A stretch of 64,000 nt of DNA, taken from positions 2,432,001 to 2,496,000 of the forward strand of contig CBDCWG010000012.1 of assembly GCA_965223345.1 (NCBI GenBank), in the 5' to 3' direction. Origin of the DNA: Nitrospinales bacterium. GTDB taxonomy: Bacteria > Nitrospinota > Nitrospinia > Nitrospinales > VA-1. Below the pieces are notes generated by a model. The model had not been told where the DNA came from, made no database searches, and worked only from the letters and a program-made list of their open reading frames with translations. Of the stretch, positions 8,963-18,441 are shown one piece after another (positions within the stretch are counted from its first letter, which is position 1; each line of letters begins with the position of its first letter). Made by a program: the position numbers and the translations under genes.

Positions 8963-10471
8963 ATGGCGCTATTGATGGATCATCTGATCAGTTGGATGAT
9001 CGCGGTTCCTGTTTTGGGAATCGTCAGTCTGGCATTTGTACGTGATGAAGAATCGATTCGGCGCATTGCCTTGGGCTTCACAATGGTGGAGTTTTTCCTT
9101 TCGCTGGTGCTCTGGAAGAATTTTGATTTCACCCAGCAAAGCATGCAGTTCGTTGAGCGTGTGGAATGGATGCCCACGTTCAATATTCAGTATGCGGTGG
9201 GGGTCGATGGCATCAGCATTCTTTTGGTGATACTAACAGCCCTTCTTTGCCCACTCTGTGTCCTTTGTTCGTGGACGGGAATCACGACACGAGTCCGGGC
9301 CTATCTCTCGCTGATCCTGCTTGTCGAAAGCGCCATGATTGTGGTCTTCACCGCTTTGGATCTTTTCCTGTTTTTCATGTTGTGGGAACTCACGATGATT
9401 CCCATGTATTTCATGATCATTCTCTGGGGCGGGCCGAATCGTATCGCTGCCGGGCTTAAATTCGTTTTGTACAGTCTGACGGGAAGCTTGCTGATGCTGG
9501 TGGGCATATTGGGTACTTATCTTAACGGGGGACATACCTACGATCTGTTGGTGTTGACGGAACAGACCTATTCTTCCAGCACGCAATTCTGGTTGTTCCT
9601 GGCGTTCTTTCTGTCTTTCGCGATAAAAATGCCGATGGTTCCCTTTCACGCGTGGCTCCCTGACGCGCATTCCGAAGCCCCGACAGCGGGCAGCGTGATT
9701 CTGGCCGGGGTGTTGTTGAAAATGGGGGGATACGGGTTTTTGCGTTTTTGTTTGCCGATGTTTCCAGAAGCTTCGATGAAATTCGCCCCCTATATTTTGT
9801 GGTTGTCTGTCATCGCCATTGTCTATGGCGGATACATTGCCCTGGCGCAGTCCGATCTTAAAAAGCTCGTCGCTTATTCCTCCGTATCCCATATGGGTTT
9901 TGTCACTCTCGGAATTTTTGTGTTCAACAGCCAGGGCATCCAGGGGGCCGTCCTGCAAATGTTCAATCACGGGATCACGACCGCGGCCTTGTTCATTGCC
10001 GTTGGACAATTGTACGACCGCACTCACAGTCGGGCGATTTCCGACTACGGCGGCTTGCATAAATCCATGCCAAGATTTGTCGCCTTGTTCTTTTTGTTTG
10101 CCGTCGCCGCCTTCGGGCTGCCGGGAACCTGTAATTTCATCGGCGAATTTTTAGTCCTGGTAGGAACTTCCTACGTCAGCATCACCATGGTTCTTATCTC
10201 TATGGGCGGTATTGTTTTGGCTGCCGGCTATATGTTGTGGATGCTGCAAAGGGTGGTGTTGGGGAAGCCAAAGACAGAAGCCATCAAGTTGATCCCGGAT
10301 TTATCGAATCGGGAACTGGCCACGCTGATTCCATTGGCGATCCTCGTCTTGAGCATTGGATTGTATCCCGGACCTCTGATGGAGATGATGGATGCGAGTG
10401 TGATTCACCTCATCGAACAAACCACAGGGCTGCAAGGCGCCGAAGTACCTCAACTTCAGCCTGGTCCCTGA
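8963..10471 (+). CDS. nuoM: NuoM-like antiporter subunit
   Basis: GVDGIS, WELTMIPMY, AIKMPMVPFHAWLPDAH, LLKMGGYG, SHMG and NFIGEF motifs. Confidence 0.9.
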   Translation: MALLMDHLISWMIAVPVLGIVSLAFVRDEESIRRIALGFTMVEFFLSLVLWKNFDFTQQSMQFVERVEWMPTFNIQYAVGVDGISILLVILTALLCPLCVLCSWTGITTRVRAYLSLILLVESAMIVVFTALDLFLFFMLWELTMIPMYFMIILWGGPNRIAAGLKFVLYSLTGSLLMLVGILGTYLNGGHTYDLLVLTEQTYSSSTQFWLFLAFFLSFAIKMPMVPFHAWLPDAHSEAPTAGSVILAGVLLKMGGYGFLRFCLPMFPEASMKFAPYILWLSVIAIVYGGYIALAQSDLKKLVAYSSVSHMGFVTLGIFVFNSQGIQGAVLQMFNHGITTAALFIAVGQLYDRTHSRAISDYGGLHKSMPRFVALFFLFAVAAFGLPGTCNFIGEFLVLVGTSYVSITMVLISMGGIVLAAGYMLWMLQRVVLGKPKTEAIKLIPDLSNRELATLIPLAILVLSIGLYPGPLMEMMDASVIHLIEQTTGLQGAEVPQLQPGP

Positions 10472-10640
10472 ACAAATCTTTATACTCGCATCCTTCTCCA
10501 TACCGGCATCAAACCTGTTTGATTGCCGTGTCCTGGGCGGGATAAGTCTTATTCTCTGCCCTGAGACGTTGTGATATAGTTCACAAAATCCTGAAACGAC
10601 CGTTTTTGTTTTTGGATCCAGAATTTAGAGGAATGAAAAT

Positions 10641-11063
10641 TTGAAAGCGAGCCCGGAAACAGAATCTGCCATTCTCGCCATCATGGATCAGGTCTGGAAG
10701 TGCTGGTCGGAAAAAAGATGGGACGATCTGATCCAGTTTTATGTGCCCGATCCGGATCTTCGGGTGATCGGCGCCGGAGCCGGGGACATGAGTGTCGGAC
10801 CGGAAAACGTGAAAGCGCAATGGCAAAGCGCGGAGAACAAGGAAGAGAAAATCGTATCCTTGGAATATGAGAATCCACAAATCTCGCAATCGGGAGATGT
10901 GGCCTGGTTTTCGGCAGGGCTTAAGGTCGAGCTCCCATCTGAAGAGGGCACGTTCAATATCTATTTGCGCTGTTCCGCTGTTTACGAATATCGCGACGAT
11001 CGCTGGTTGATCGCTCAGATGCACCTCTCCGCGCCCCTCGATCTCCGGTCGCCATCCCAGTGA
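10641..11063 (+). CDS. SnoaL-like / NTF2-fold protein
   Basis: 140 aa with GDVAW and a C-terminal RWLIAQMHLS; TTG start preceded by GAGGA. Confidence 0.75.
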   Translation: MKASPETESAILAIMDQVWKCWSEKRWDDLIQFYVPDPDLRVIGAGAGDMSVGPENVKAQWQSAENKEEKIVSLEYENPQISQSGDVAWFSAGLKVELPSEEGTFNIYLRCSAVYEYRDDRWLIAQMHLSAPLDLRSPSQ

Positions 11064-11115
11064 AAAGTTGGGGCATTGATGTCTCCTGTGTGTTTGAAGC
11101 CAACCCATAAGAGCG

Positions 11116-12528
11116 ATGTTTAGTTATTCTCAGCTTGCGAGCGAACAGAAGTCCGGATTGTTTTCTCTCGATCAGGCGTCGCAGTTTTTAAAAAGCCTGT
11201 CGAGCCAGTTGGACACGCTGGTCCGCAACCGCTTGTGGCTGCAGGTCATCATCGGACTGGTGGCCGGGATTGCCGTCGGCGGCGTCCTGGGTCCGGACCT
11301 GGGACTCATCGAGCCGCAAACCGCGATTCGTATCAGCGACTGGCTGGCGCTGCCGGGGAAGCTGTTTCTCGGGCTGATCGGCATGGTGGTCAGCATTCTG
11401 GTGCTGGCCTCGATCGTCAGCGGCCTTAGCAAATCCACCGGCGGCGAACAACTCAAAACCATCGGTATCAAGCTCACGCTGTTCGTGGTGATCACCACGG
11501 CGCTGGCGGCTGGGTTGGGGATCACGCTGGGGCTTCTCATCGAGCCCGGATCCTACATCGATCTTGCCTCCGGTGACGCCGCTGCCGGATCTTCCGCGGG
11601 GCCCGCCACAAAAAAACAGCCCGTCGACTACAACGTTCCCGAACTGATCGCCGGGCTCATTCCACGCCATCCCCTGGCCTCCCTCGCCGAGGGAGAGATG
11701 CTGGGGATCGTGGTGTTCGCCATTCTCATCGGCATCGCCTGCACCACGGCGACCCGAGAACGCGTGGAGCCGTTTTTGAATTTGATGGAATCGTTGCTCG
11801 AAGTCTGCATGAAGGTGGTGCAGTGGGCCATGTTTCTGGCGCCCTGGGCGGTGTTCGGGCTGATGGCGCAACTGGTGTCGAAAGTGGGGTTTGAAACCAT
11901 TCTCGGCATGGGGGCGTATGTGCTCACGGTGCTGGCCGGACTGCTCCTGCTGTTGATCGCCTATCTGGTTCTGGTGGCTGTGCTGGGCGGCATGAATCCC
12001 TGGGAATTTTCTTCCAAAATCGGCGGGGCGCAGCTTCTGGCTTTTTCCACTTCCAGCTCGGCGGCGGTGATGCCTTTGACCATCGAAACCGCCGTGGAAA
12101 AACTGAAGGTGCCCGAGCACATCGCGAGCCTCGTGGTGCCTTTGGGGGCCACCGTCAACATGGCGGGCACCGCACTGTATCAGGCGGTCGCCATCATTTT
12201 TCTGGCGCAGATGTCCGGCGTGGAGTTTTCCGTGGGGGAGCTGTCCCTCATTGTCATCACCCTGGTCGCCTCGTCCATCGGTTCACCGGGAACTCCGGGC
12301 GTCGGGCTGGTCATCCTGGGAAACATCGCCGGCGATTTTGGCATTCCCACCAGCGGCCTGGTGCTCATTCTGGGGGTGGACCGCATCCTCGACATGAGCC
12401 GCACCACCGTCAACCTGACCGGCGATCTGGCGGCCTGCGTCATTCTCGGATCGAAAGCCCCGATCGAAGAGAGGCTCACGCCCCTGGAGCTGGACGAGGC
12501 GAAAGTCGAAAAAATACCCGCCTTGTAA
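11116..12528 (+). CDS. Dicarboxylate/amino acid:cation symporter (DAACS, GltP-like)
   Basis: AFSTSSSAAVMP, PLGATVNMAGT and GVDRILDMSRTTVNLTGD motifs. Confidence 0.9.
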   Translation: MFSYSQLASEQKSGLFSLDQASQFLKSLSSQLDTLVRNRLWLQVIIGLVAGIAVGGVLGPDLGLIEPQTAIRISDWLALPGKLFLGLIGMVVSILVLASIVSGLSKSTGGEQLKTIGIKLTLFVVITTALAAGLGITLGLLIEPGSYIDLASGDAAAGSSAGPATKKQPVDYNVPELIAGLIPRHPLASLAEGEMLGIVVFAILIGIACTTATRERVEPFLNLMESLLEVCMKVVQWAMFLAPWAVFGLMAQLVSKVGFETILGMGAYVLTVLAGLLLLLIAYLVLVAVLGGMNPWEFSSKIGGAQLLAFSTSSSAAVMPLTIETAVEKLKVPEHIASLVVPLGATVNMAGTALYQAVAIIFLAQMSGVEFSVGELSLIVITLVASSIGSPGTPGVGLVILGNIAGDFGIPTSGLVLILGVDRILDMSRTTVNLTGDLAACVILGSKAPIEERLTPLELDEAKVEKIPAL

Positions 12529-12564
12529 AATTTCGATAGTGGTCTATTTATTTAGTGAGTGGTT

Positions 12565-13446
12565 ATGAAGCGATCTCAACTCAATTTTCTGATTGATGCG
12601 GTCGCATTCGCTGGTGTGATTGCGCTGACTTCCACCGGCCTGCTCATGCGTTTTATTCTCACTCCATTTCAGGGCGGAGAAGGAGGGGCGCATGGGCCTA
12701 AAATGCTGTGGGGGCTGGATCGGCACCAATGGGGTGAGGTTCATTTTTGGATTGCGGCCGGCTTGATGGCTGTCCTGGTGGTGCATTTATTTCTGCACTG
12801 GCGCTGGATCGTGTCGGTAGTGCAGAACAAACCGCATGAAGGTTCCGGCATGCGTGCGGTGCTGGGAATCTTGGGGCTCATTTCTCTCTTGGTGCTTGCC
12901 GCTGTCCCGTTTTTCAGTTCCGTGGAACAAGCTCCGCGACATAAAAAACAGGAAAGAAGAGGCGTCGAACAGGCAAGTCCAGCCTTGGAAACGCACAAGC
13001 AATCGGATCCATCTTCTCAACAAGCGCCTTTTGAGCCTCGTGTCTTCAAAAAACAAGATAAGGATTTTATTGATGGTAGAAAGCAAGGAGAGGAAAAGCG
13101 GAATCAGAACGAAAGTGTCCGGGAGCCGGAGTCTGTCTCATCCGATGAAAAGGATAAAGGGATAGCAAAACCCGCTCAAAAAGAGCAAAAGAAAGAAGCG
13201 GGAACACCGTCTCAAAAAGACGGCTCCAGCGATGTTTTTATTCGCGGCAACATGACGCTCAAAGAGGTGCAAGAGACGACAGACGTGCCAGTGTCTCACC
13301 TCATCGAACAACTCGGTCTGCCACCGGATACATCTCCCGACGAACGTCTGGGCAGGTTGCGCCGGCAATACGGGTTCAAAATGAGTGTCGTGCGTAAAGC
13401 GGTCTCAGAATACAACCAGATGACGAAGAAATCTTCGTCTAGATGA
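12565..13446 (+). CDS. DUF4405-type membrane protein with charged low-complexity linker and small C-terminal domain
   Basis: LNFLIDAV...STGLL and WGEVHFW...VHLFLHWRW pattern; overlaps the uppP 3' end by 8 nt. Confidence 0.7.
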   Translation: MKRSQLNFLIDAVAFAGVIALTSTGLLMRFILTPFQGGEGGAHGPKMLWGLDRHQWGEVHFWIAAGLMAVLVVHLFLHWRWIVSVVQNKPHEGSGMRAVLGILGLISLLVLAAVPFFSSVEQAPRHKKQERRGVEQASPALETHKQSDPSSQQAPFEPRVFKKQDKDFIDGRKQGEEKRNQNESVREPESVSSDEKDKGIAKPAQKEQKKEAGTPSQKDGSSDVFIRGNMTLKEVQETTDVPVSHLIEQLGLPPDTSPDERLGRLRRQYGFKMSVVRKAVSEYNQMTKKSSSR

Positions 13447-14245
13447 AAGTGAGAATCGCAGCCGCCAGCAAGATGCGGTAGACGATGAAGGGCAAAAGGC
13501 CGACGCGGGCGACGATTTGGAGCAGCAGCTTGATGGAGATAAGACCCACCCCGAAGCTCACCAGGAAACCGATTCCAAGCTGCGTGCTGTTGTAGGCGAC
13601 ATGCTGGTCCGGATGCGTCAGCCAGGAAGCCAGGGAATGCAGCCCCGCCGCCATGATGATGGGGGTTCCGAGCAGAAACGAGAAGCGGGCAGCCGCGGTG
13701 TGGGACAGGTTGGTGAACAGGCCGGCGGCGATGGTGATGCCGGAACGGGAGGTGCCGGGCAACAGCGCCAGCGCCTGGGCGACGCCGACCAGCATGACCT
13801 GCCCCAGGGTCATGCCCTGGATCTCGATGCCTTGCTCCTTCCGCTTCGCCGCGTAACGGTCGGCGATCAGGAACACCACCGACCAGACGATCAGGTTGAC
13901 CGCCACGAAATCCGTGCTGCGCAGGTTCGACTCGATCGCGTCCTTGCCGAACAGGCCCACCAGCCCGGCGGGCACCGACGCCAGCAGGATGCTGTAGGCG
14001 ATCCGGCGGGTGGCCGGATCGGCGTTTTTGTCGAACAGGCTGAACGACAGCTTCGACAGGTCCGCACGGAAATAGATCAGGATCGCCAGCAGCGTGCCGA
14101 GGTGCAAGATGGCGTCCAGGGCGAGCCCCTGGTCCTGGAAGTCGAACACCAGCGGGGCGAGAATCAGGTGGCCCGAGCTGGAAACGGGAAGAAACTCCGT
14201 GATTCCCTGGATGATGCTCAGAATGATGATCTGGATGGTTTCCAA
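13439..14245 (-). CDS. uppP: Undecaprenyl-diphosphate phosphatase
   Basis: QGITEFLPVSSSGH, HLGT, PGTSRSGITI and ARFSFLL motifs; probable TTG start at 14245. Confidence 0.95.
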   Translation of the reverse strand: METIQIIILSIIQGITEFLPVSSSGHLILAPLVFDFQDQGLALDAILHLGTLLAILIYFRADLSKLSFSLFDKNADPATRRIAYSILLASVPAGLVGLFGKDAIESNLRSTDFVAVNLIVWSVVFLIADRYAAKRKEQGIEIQGMTLGQVMLVGVAQALALLPGTSRSGITIAAGLFTNLSHTAAARFSFLLGTPIIMAAGLHSLASWLTHPDQHVAYNSTQLGIGFLVSFGVGLISIKLLLQIVARVGLLPFIVYRILLAAAILTFI

Positions 14246-14350
14246 TGTTTGCGCGGAATGTTGCAGATGAAATGAAAAGCAGCGGGAATTATACGGTTTC
14301 CTTTTTCCCAGGTACACCGTTATTTCGGATTTCCGACAAAACGGCCGGAG

Positions 14351-14379
14351 TTGCCGCCCCTTTGAAAGTGTGCTATGTT
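14351..14379 (+). promoter_or_regulatory. Putative sigma70 promoter for alaC-hom-thrC
   Basis: TTGCCG-N17-TATGTT with an extended -10 TG. Confidence 0.45.
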
Positions 14380-14561
14380 AGCGCTTCAACTGGCCGGAGG
14401 GCATAAAATTAAGGATTTACCTTCCTTTGAACCCGGGGTTGACTCTGGCCGGTGTGCGATTGGCCAACCCGAATTCTTATCCGACAGGACACTCGTCCCC
14501 TGGCGCCCGGTTTGAGGTGGGATCGGCCAGGTACTTCCATTGATCGTCCGAGTTTGAGTTT

Positions 14562-15728
14562 ATGAGGCATTTTGCAAGAATCGACCGGCTGCCGCCGTAT
14601 GTGTTTTCGATCGTCAACGATCTCAAGCTGAAAGCCCGCCGGGACGGAGAAGACATCATCGATTTCGGGATGGGCAACCCCGACATGCCGACGCCCAAGC
14701 ACATCGTCGATAAGCTGTGCGAGGCCGCCCGCAAACCGCCCAATCACCGTTACTCGCTCTCCCGCGGCATCTACAAGCTGCGGCTGGCGATCACCGACTG
14801 GTACAAGCGCCATTTCGACGTGGACCTCGACCCGGACAGCGAAGCCATCGCCACCATCGGTTCCAAGGAGGGGATCTCGCACCTGGCGCTGGCCATCATC
14901 GGGCCGGGCGATTCGGTGATGGTGCCGACGCCGACCTATCCGATTCACACCTACGCGTTCATCCTTGCGAACGGCGACGTGATCCAGGTGCCGATGGGCA
15001 AGGACGTCGATTTTTTCCAGGCGCTGCTGGACACGTTCAAGCGCAACTGGCCGCGGCCGAAGGCCATCGTCATCAATTTCCCGCACAATCCGACGACCGA
15101 GGTGGTGGAGCTGGAGTTCTTCGAGAAAATCGTGGAATTCGCCAAGGAGCACGATCTGATCGTGATTCACGATTTCGCCTATGCGGACCTCACGTTCGAC
15201 GGCTACAAAGCGCCCAGCCTGCTGCAGGTACCGGGAGCCAAGGACGTGGGCGTCGAGTTTTTCACGCTTTCCAAAAGCTACAACATGCCGGGCTGGCGGG
15301 TCGGATTCGTGGTGGGCAACAAGGAGATCGTGCACGCACTCAGCCGGGTGAAGAGTTATCAGGATTACGGCATGTTCCAGCCGATCCAGATCGCCGGCAT
15401 CATCGCCCTGAACGGGCCGCGCGAATGCGTCGAGGAGATCCGCCAGACCTATCTGAACCGCCGCAACGTATTGTGCGAAGGGCTCAACCGCATCGGCTGG
15501 AACGTCGAGCCGCCCAAGGCCACGATGTTCGTGTGGGGCGAGATCCCGGACAAGTACAAGCCCCTGGGGTCGCTGGAATTCTCCAAACTGATGATCGAAA
15601 AGGCCAAGGTGGCCGTTTCTCCGGGAATCGGGTTCGGCGAAGGCGGCGACCACTTTGTGCGCTTTTCGCTGGTTGAAAACGAACACCGGATCCGCCAGGC
15701 GGTGCGCGGCATCCGGGATATTCTTTAA
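14562..15728 (+). CDS. alaC: Class I/II PLP aminotransferase, AlaC-like
   Basis: [12 protein letters not shown] start; [19 protein letters not shown] and [12 protein letters not shown] motifs. Confidence 0.85.
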   Translation: MRHFARIDRLPPYVFSIVNDLKLKARRDGEDIIDFGMGNPDMPTPKHIVDKLCEAARKPPNHRYSLSRGIYKLRLAITDWYKRHFDVDLDPDSEAIATIGSKEGISHLALAIIGPGDSVMVPTPTYPIHTYAFILANGDVIQVPMGKDVDFFQALLDTFKRNWPRPKAIVINFPHNPTTEVVELEFFEKIVEFAKEHDLIVIHDFAYADLTFDGYKAPSLLQVPGAKDVGVEFFTLSKSYNMPGWRVGFVVGNKEIVHALSRVKSYQDYGMFQPIQIAGIIALNGPRECVEEIRQTYLNRRNVLCEGLNRIGWNVEPPKATMFVWGEIPDKYKPLGSLEFSKLMIEKAKVAVSPGIGFGEGGDHFVRFSLVENEHRIRQAVRGIRDIL

Positions 15729-15740
15729 GAGACCGCAGTT

Positions 15741-17045
15741 ATGAAGACCATTCAGATCGGCTTGATCGGTTTCGGGACCATCGGCGCCGGGGTTGTAAAG
15801 ATCCTGGCGGACAGTGCGGACCTCATCGAACAGAGGCTGGGGGTCGGGGTGCGCGTGGCGAAAATCGCGGACCTCGATATCGAGACCGACCGGGGCGTCA
15901 AGCTGGAAAAGGGCTGTCTGACCAAGGATGTGAACGAGGTGCTGGATCATCCCGACATCTCGGTGGTGGTCGAGCTGATCGGCGGCTACGAGCCGGCGCG
16001 CACGTTTCTTTTAAAGGCCATCGCCAACGGCAAGCACGCGGTCACGGCGAACAAGGCGCTGCTGGCAAAACACGGTGACGAGATCTACGCCGCCGTCGAG
16101 GCGAGAGGAGTTTCGCTGGGTTTCGAGGGCGCGGTGGGCGGTGCGATTCCCATCATCCGCTCGATCCGCGAGGCGTTCGTCGCCAACCAGTTCTGCGCCG
16201 TGGAGGGCATCGTCAACGGGACGGCGAACTACATCCTCAGCAAGATGACGGATGAGGGCTGCGACTTCCAGACGGCCTTGAAAGAGGCGCAGGAAAAAGG
16301 GTACGCTGAAGCCGATCCGACGTTCGACATCGAGGGCATCGACTCCGCGCACAAGATCGCCATCCTGACTCGGCTGGCCTACGGCACGCCCGTCGATTGC
16401 GACAAAATCTCGGTGCAGGGGATCTCGAACATTCAAACCGCCGATATCGACTGCGCGCGGGAATTCGGTTACCGGATCAAACTGCTCGCCATTTCCAAAT
16501 TCGACGGGGAATCGATCGACGTGCGGGTGCACCCGGCGATGATCGACGCGAAAAACCCGATGGCCAACGTCAATGGGGTGTTGAATGCCATCCGGGTGCA
16601 GGATAATCTGATGGACGAAAACATCCTCATCGGCCACGGCGCCGGTTCGCTGCCCACCGGCAGCGCGGTGGTCGGCGACGTGATCGAGATCGTGCGCAAC
16701 AGTCTGGCGGGGGAGGGCACCCGCGTGCCGGCGCAGTCGTTTCAAAATGCCGGGATGCGTTCGATTCCCTTGAAGGACATGAACGCCATCGAGGGCGAAT
16801 ATTTTTTCCGGTTCAACGTGCAGGATTCGCCGGGGGTGCTGTCGAAAATCGCGGGCATCCTCGGGGATCATGCGATCAGCATCGAGTCGGTCATCCAGCG
16901 GGGGCGCGACCCGCACGGCAACGGCATCCCGCTGATCATGATGTCCCACAAGGCGAGCGAGAAAAACGTGCGCGACGCGCTGGTGGAAATCGACAGGCTG
17001 GATGTGGTGTGCGAACCGTCGCACCTGATCCGCGTCGAGAACTGA
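15741..17045 (+). CDS. hom: Homoserine dehydrogenase with C-terminal ACT domain
   Basis: GFGTIG, VTANKA, GIVNGTANYIL, GYAEADPTFD and DSPGVL (ACT) motifs. Confidence 0.96.
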   Translation: MKTIQIGLIGFGTIGAGVVKILADSADLIEQRLGVGVRVAKIADLDIETDRGVKLEKGCLTKDVNEVLDHPDISVVVELIGGYEPARTFLLKAIANGKHAVTANKALLAKHGDEIYAAVEARGVSLGFEGAVGGAIPIIRSIREAFVANQFCAVEGIVNGTANYILSKMTDEGCDFQTALKEAQEKGYAEADPTFDIEGIDSAHKIAILTRLAYGTPVDCDKISVQGISNIQTADIDCAREFGYRIKLLAISKFDGESIDVRVHPAMIDAKNPMANVNGVLNAIRVQDNLMDENILIGHGAGSLPTGSAVVGDVIEIVRNSLAGEGTRVPAQSFQNAGMRSIPLKDMNAIEGEYFFRFNVQDSPGVLSKIAGILGDHAISIESVIQRGRDPHGNGIPLIMMSHKASEKNVRDALVEIDRLDVVCEPSHLIRVEN

Positions 17046-17112
17046 CGCGCCGCCGGTGAGTGTGTTCCCGGCTGCGGGCAATATTTATCCGCGAATTTAT
17101 TGAGAAGCGATC

Positions 17113-18441
17113 ATGCAATTTCGGTCCTGGTTTCAGTGCATCAACGGGTGTTCCACGGAGTACGATCTCACCGAGATCGTCTACCGCTGCCGGGACTGCG
17201 GCGAGCTTCTGGAAGTGCGCCACGACATGGAGCTGCTCAAAACCCGTTCGGGTGAGGAATGGAAAGATCTGTTCGTGGAGCGCTACCGCACCAACGAATG
17301 GCCGTACGGCAGCTCCGTCTGGGGCAAAAAAGAGCTGGTGTGCCCGAATGTGGACAACGAAAATATCGTGTCCACCTACGAGGGCGGTACCAATCTGTTC
17401 TGGGCCGAGCGGCTGGGAGAGCAGCTGGGATTGAAGGATCTCTGGGTCAAGCAGTGCGGCATGGCCCATACGGGCTCGTTCAAGGATCTGGGCATGACGG
17501 TGCTGGTCTCGATGGTCAAGCAGATGATCTCGGAGGGCAAACAGATCCGCGCCGTGGCCTGCGCCTCCACCGGCGACACCTCGGCGGCGCTGGCGGCGTA
17601 TTGCGCGGTGGCGGGCATCCCGGCCATCGTGTTTCTTCCCAAGAACAAGGTGTCGCCGACGCAGTTGATCCAGCCCATCACGCACGGGGTGCTCACGCTT
17701 TCCCTCGATACCGATTTCGACGGCTGCATGAAGCTGGTGCAGGAAGTCTGCGCCGAAAATGACATCTACCTGGCCAACTCGATGAACTCCCTGCGCATCG
17801 AGGGGCAGAAGACGATCAGCTTCGAGCTGGTGCAGCAGAACAACTGGAACGTCCCCGACTTCGTGGTGGTGCCGGGCGGCAACCTCGGCAACGTCAGCGC
17901 GGTGGGCAAAGGCTTCAAGATGCTTCACGACCTGGGCGTGATCGACAAGCTGCCGCGGCTGGTCTGCGCGCAGGCGGAACGCGCCGATCCTTTGTACCGC
18001 AGCTACAAAACCGGCTTCAAGAAATTCAAACCGGTGCAGGCGAAAAAAACCCTGGCCAGCGCGATCCAGATCGGCGACCCGGTCAGCGTCAAAAAGGCCA
18101 TCCGGGCGCTGAAGGAATTCGACGGCATCGTCGAGGAAGCCACCGAAAGCGAACTGGCGAACGCCGCGGGAAAAGCCAACCGCACCGGGCTTCTATGCTG
18201 TCCGCACACAGCGGTGGCCCTGGCTGTGGTGGAAAAGCTGGCCAAGCGGGGAGAGTTCAAGGCCGACGATCACATCGTGGTGCTGTCCACGGCGAACGGT
18301 CTGAAATTCACGGACTTTCTTTTCAAGTACCACACCGAAAAGCTGCGCGGCATCCATTCCGATTACGCCTTTTCCCCGGTCGAGCTGCCGGCGGACTACA
18401 ATCGGGTGCGTGATACGATTCTGGAGAAGATCAAAAGTTGA
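17113..18441 (+). CDS. thrC: Threonine synthase
   Basis: HTGSFKDLGM, CASTGDTSAA, RIEGQKT and PGGNLGN motifs. Confidence 0.95.
   Translation: MQFRSWFQCINGCSTEYDLTEIVYRCRDCGELLEVRHDMELLKTRSGEEWKDLFVERYRTNEWPYGSSVWGKKELVCPNVDNENIVSTYEGGTNLFWAERLGEQLGLKDLWVKQCGMAHTGSFKDLGMTVLVSMVKQMISEGKQIRAVACASTGDTSAALAAYCAVAGIPAIVFLPKNKVSPTQLIQPITHGVLTLSLDTDFDGCMKLVQEVCAENDIYLANSMNSLRIEGQKTISFELVQQNNWNVPDFVVVPGGNLGNVSAVGKGFKMLHDLGVIDKLPRLVCAQAERADPLYRSYKTGFKKFKPVQAKKTLASAIQIGDPVSVKKAIRALKEFDGIVEEATESELANAAGKANRTGLLCCPHTAVALAVVEKLAKRGEFKADDHIVVLSTANGLKFTDFLFKYHTEKLRGIHSDYAFSPVELPADYNRVRDTILEKIKS

Noticed and set aside
6741..10471. Calling the region a respiratory NADH dehydrogenase (nuo) operon
   Set aside because: No NuoA-I, NuoJ or NuoN genes adjoin. 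The context is DabA plus Mrp subunits.
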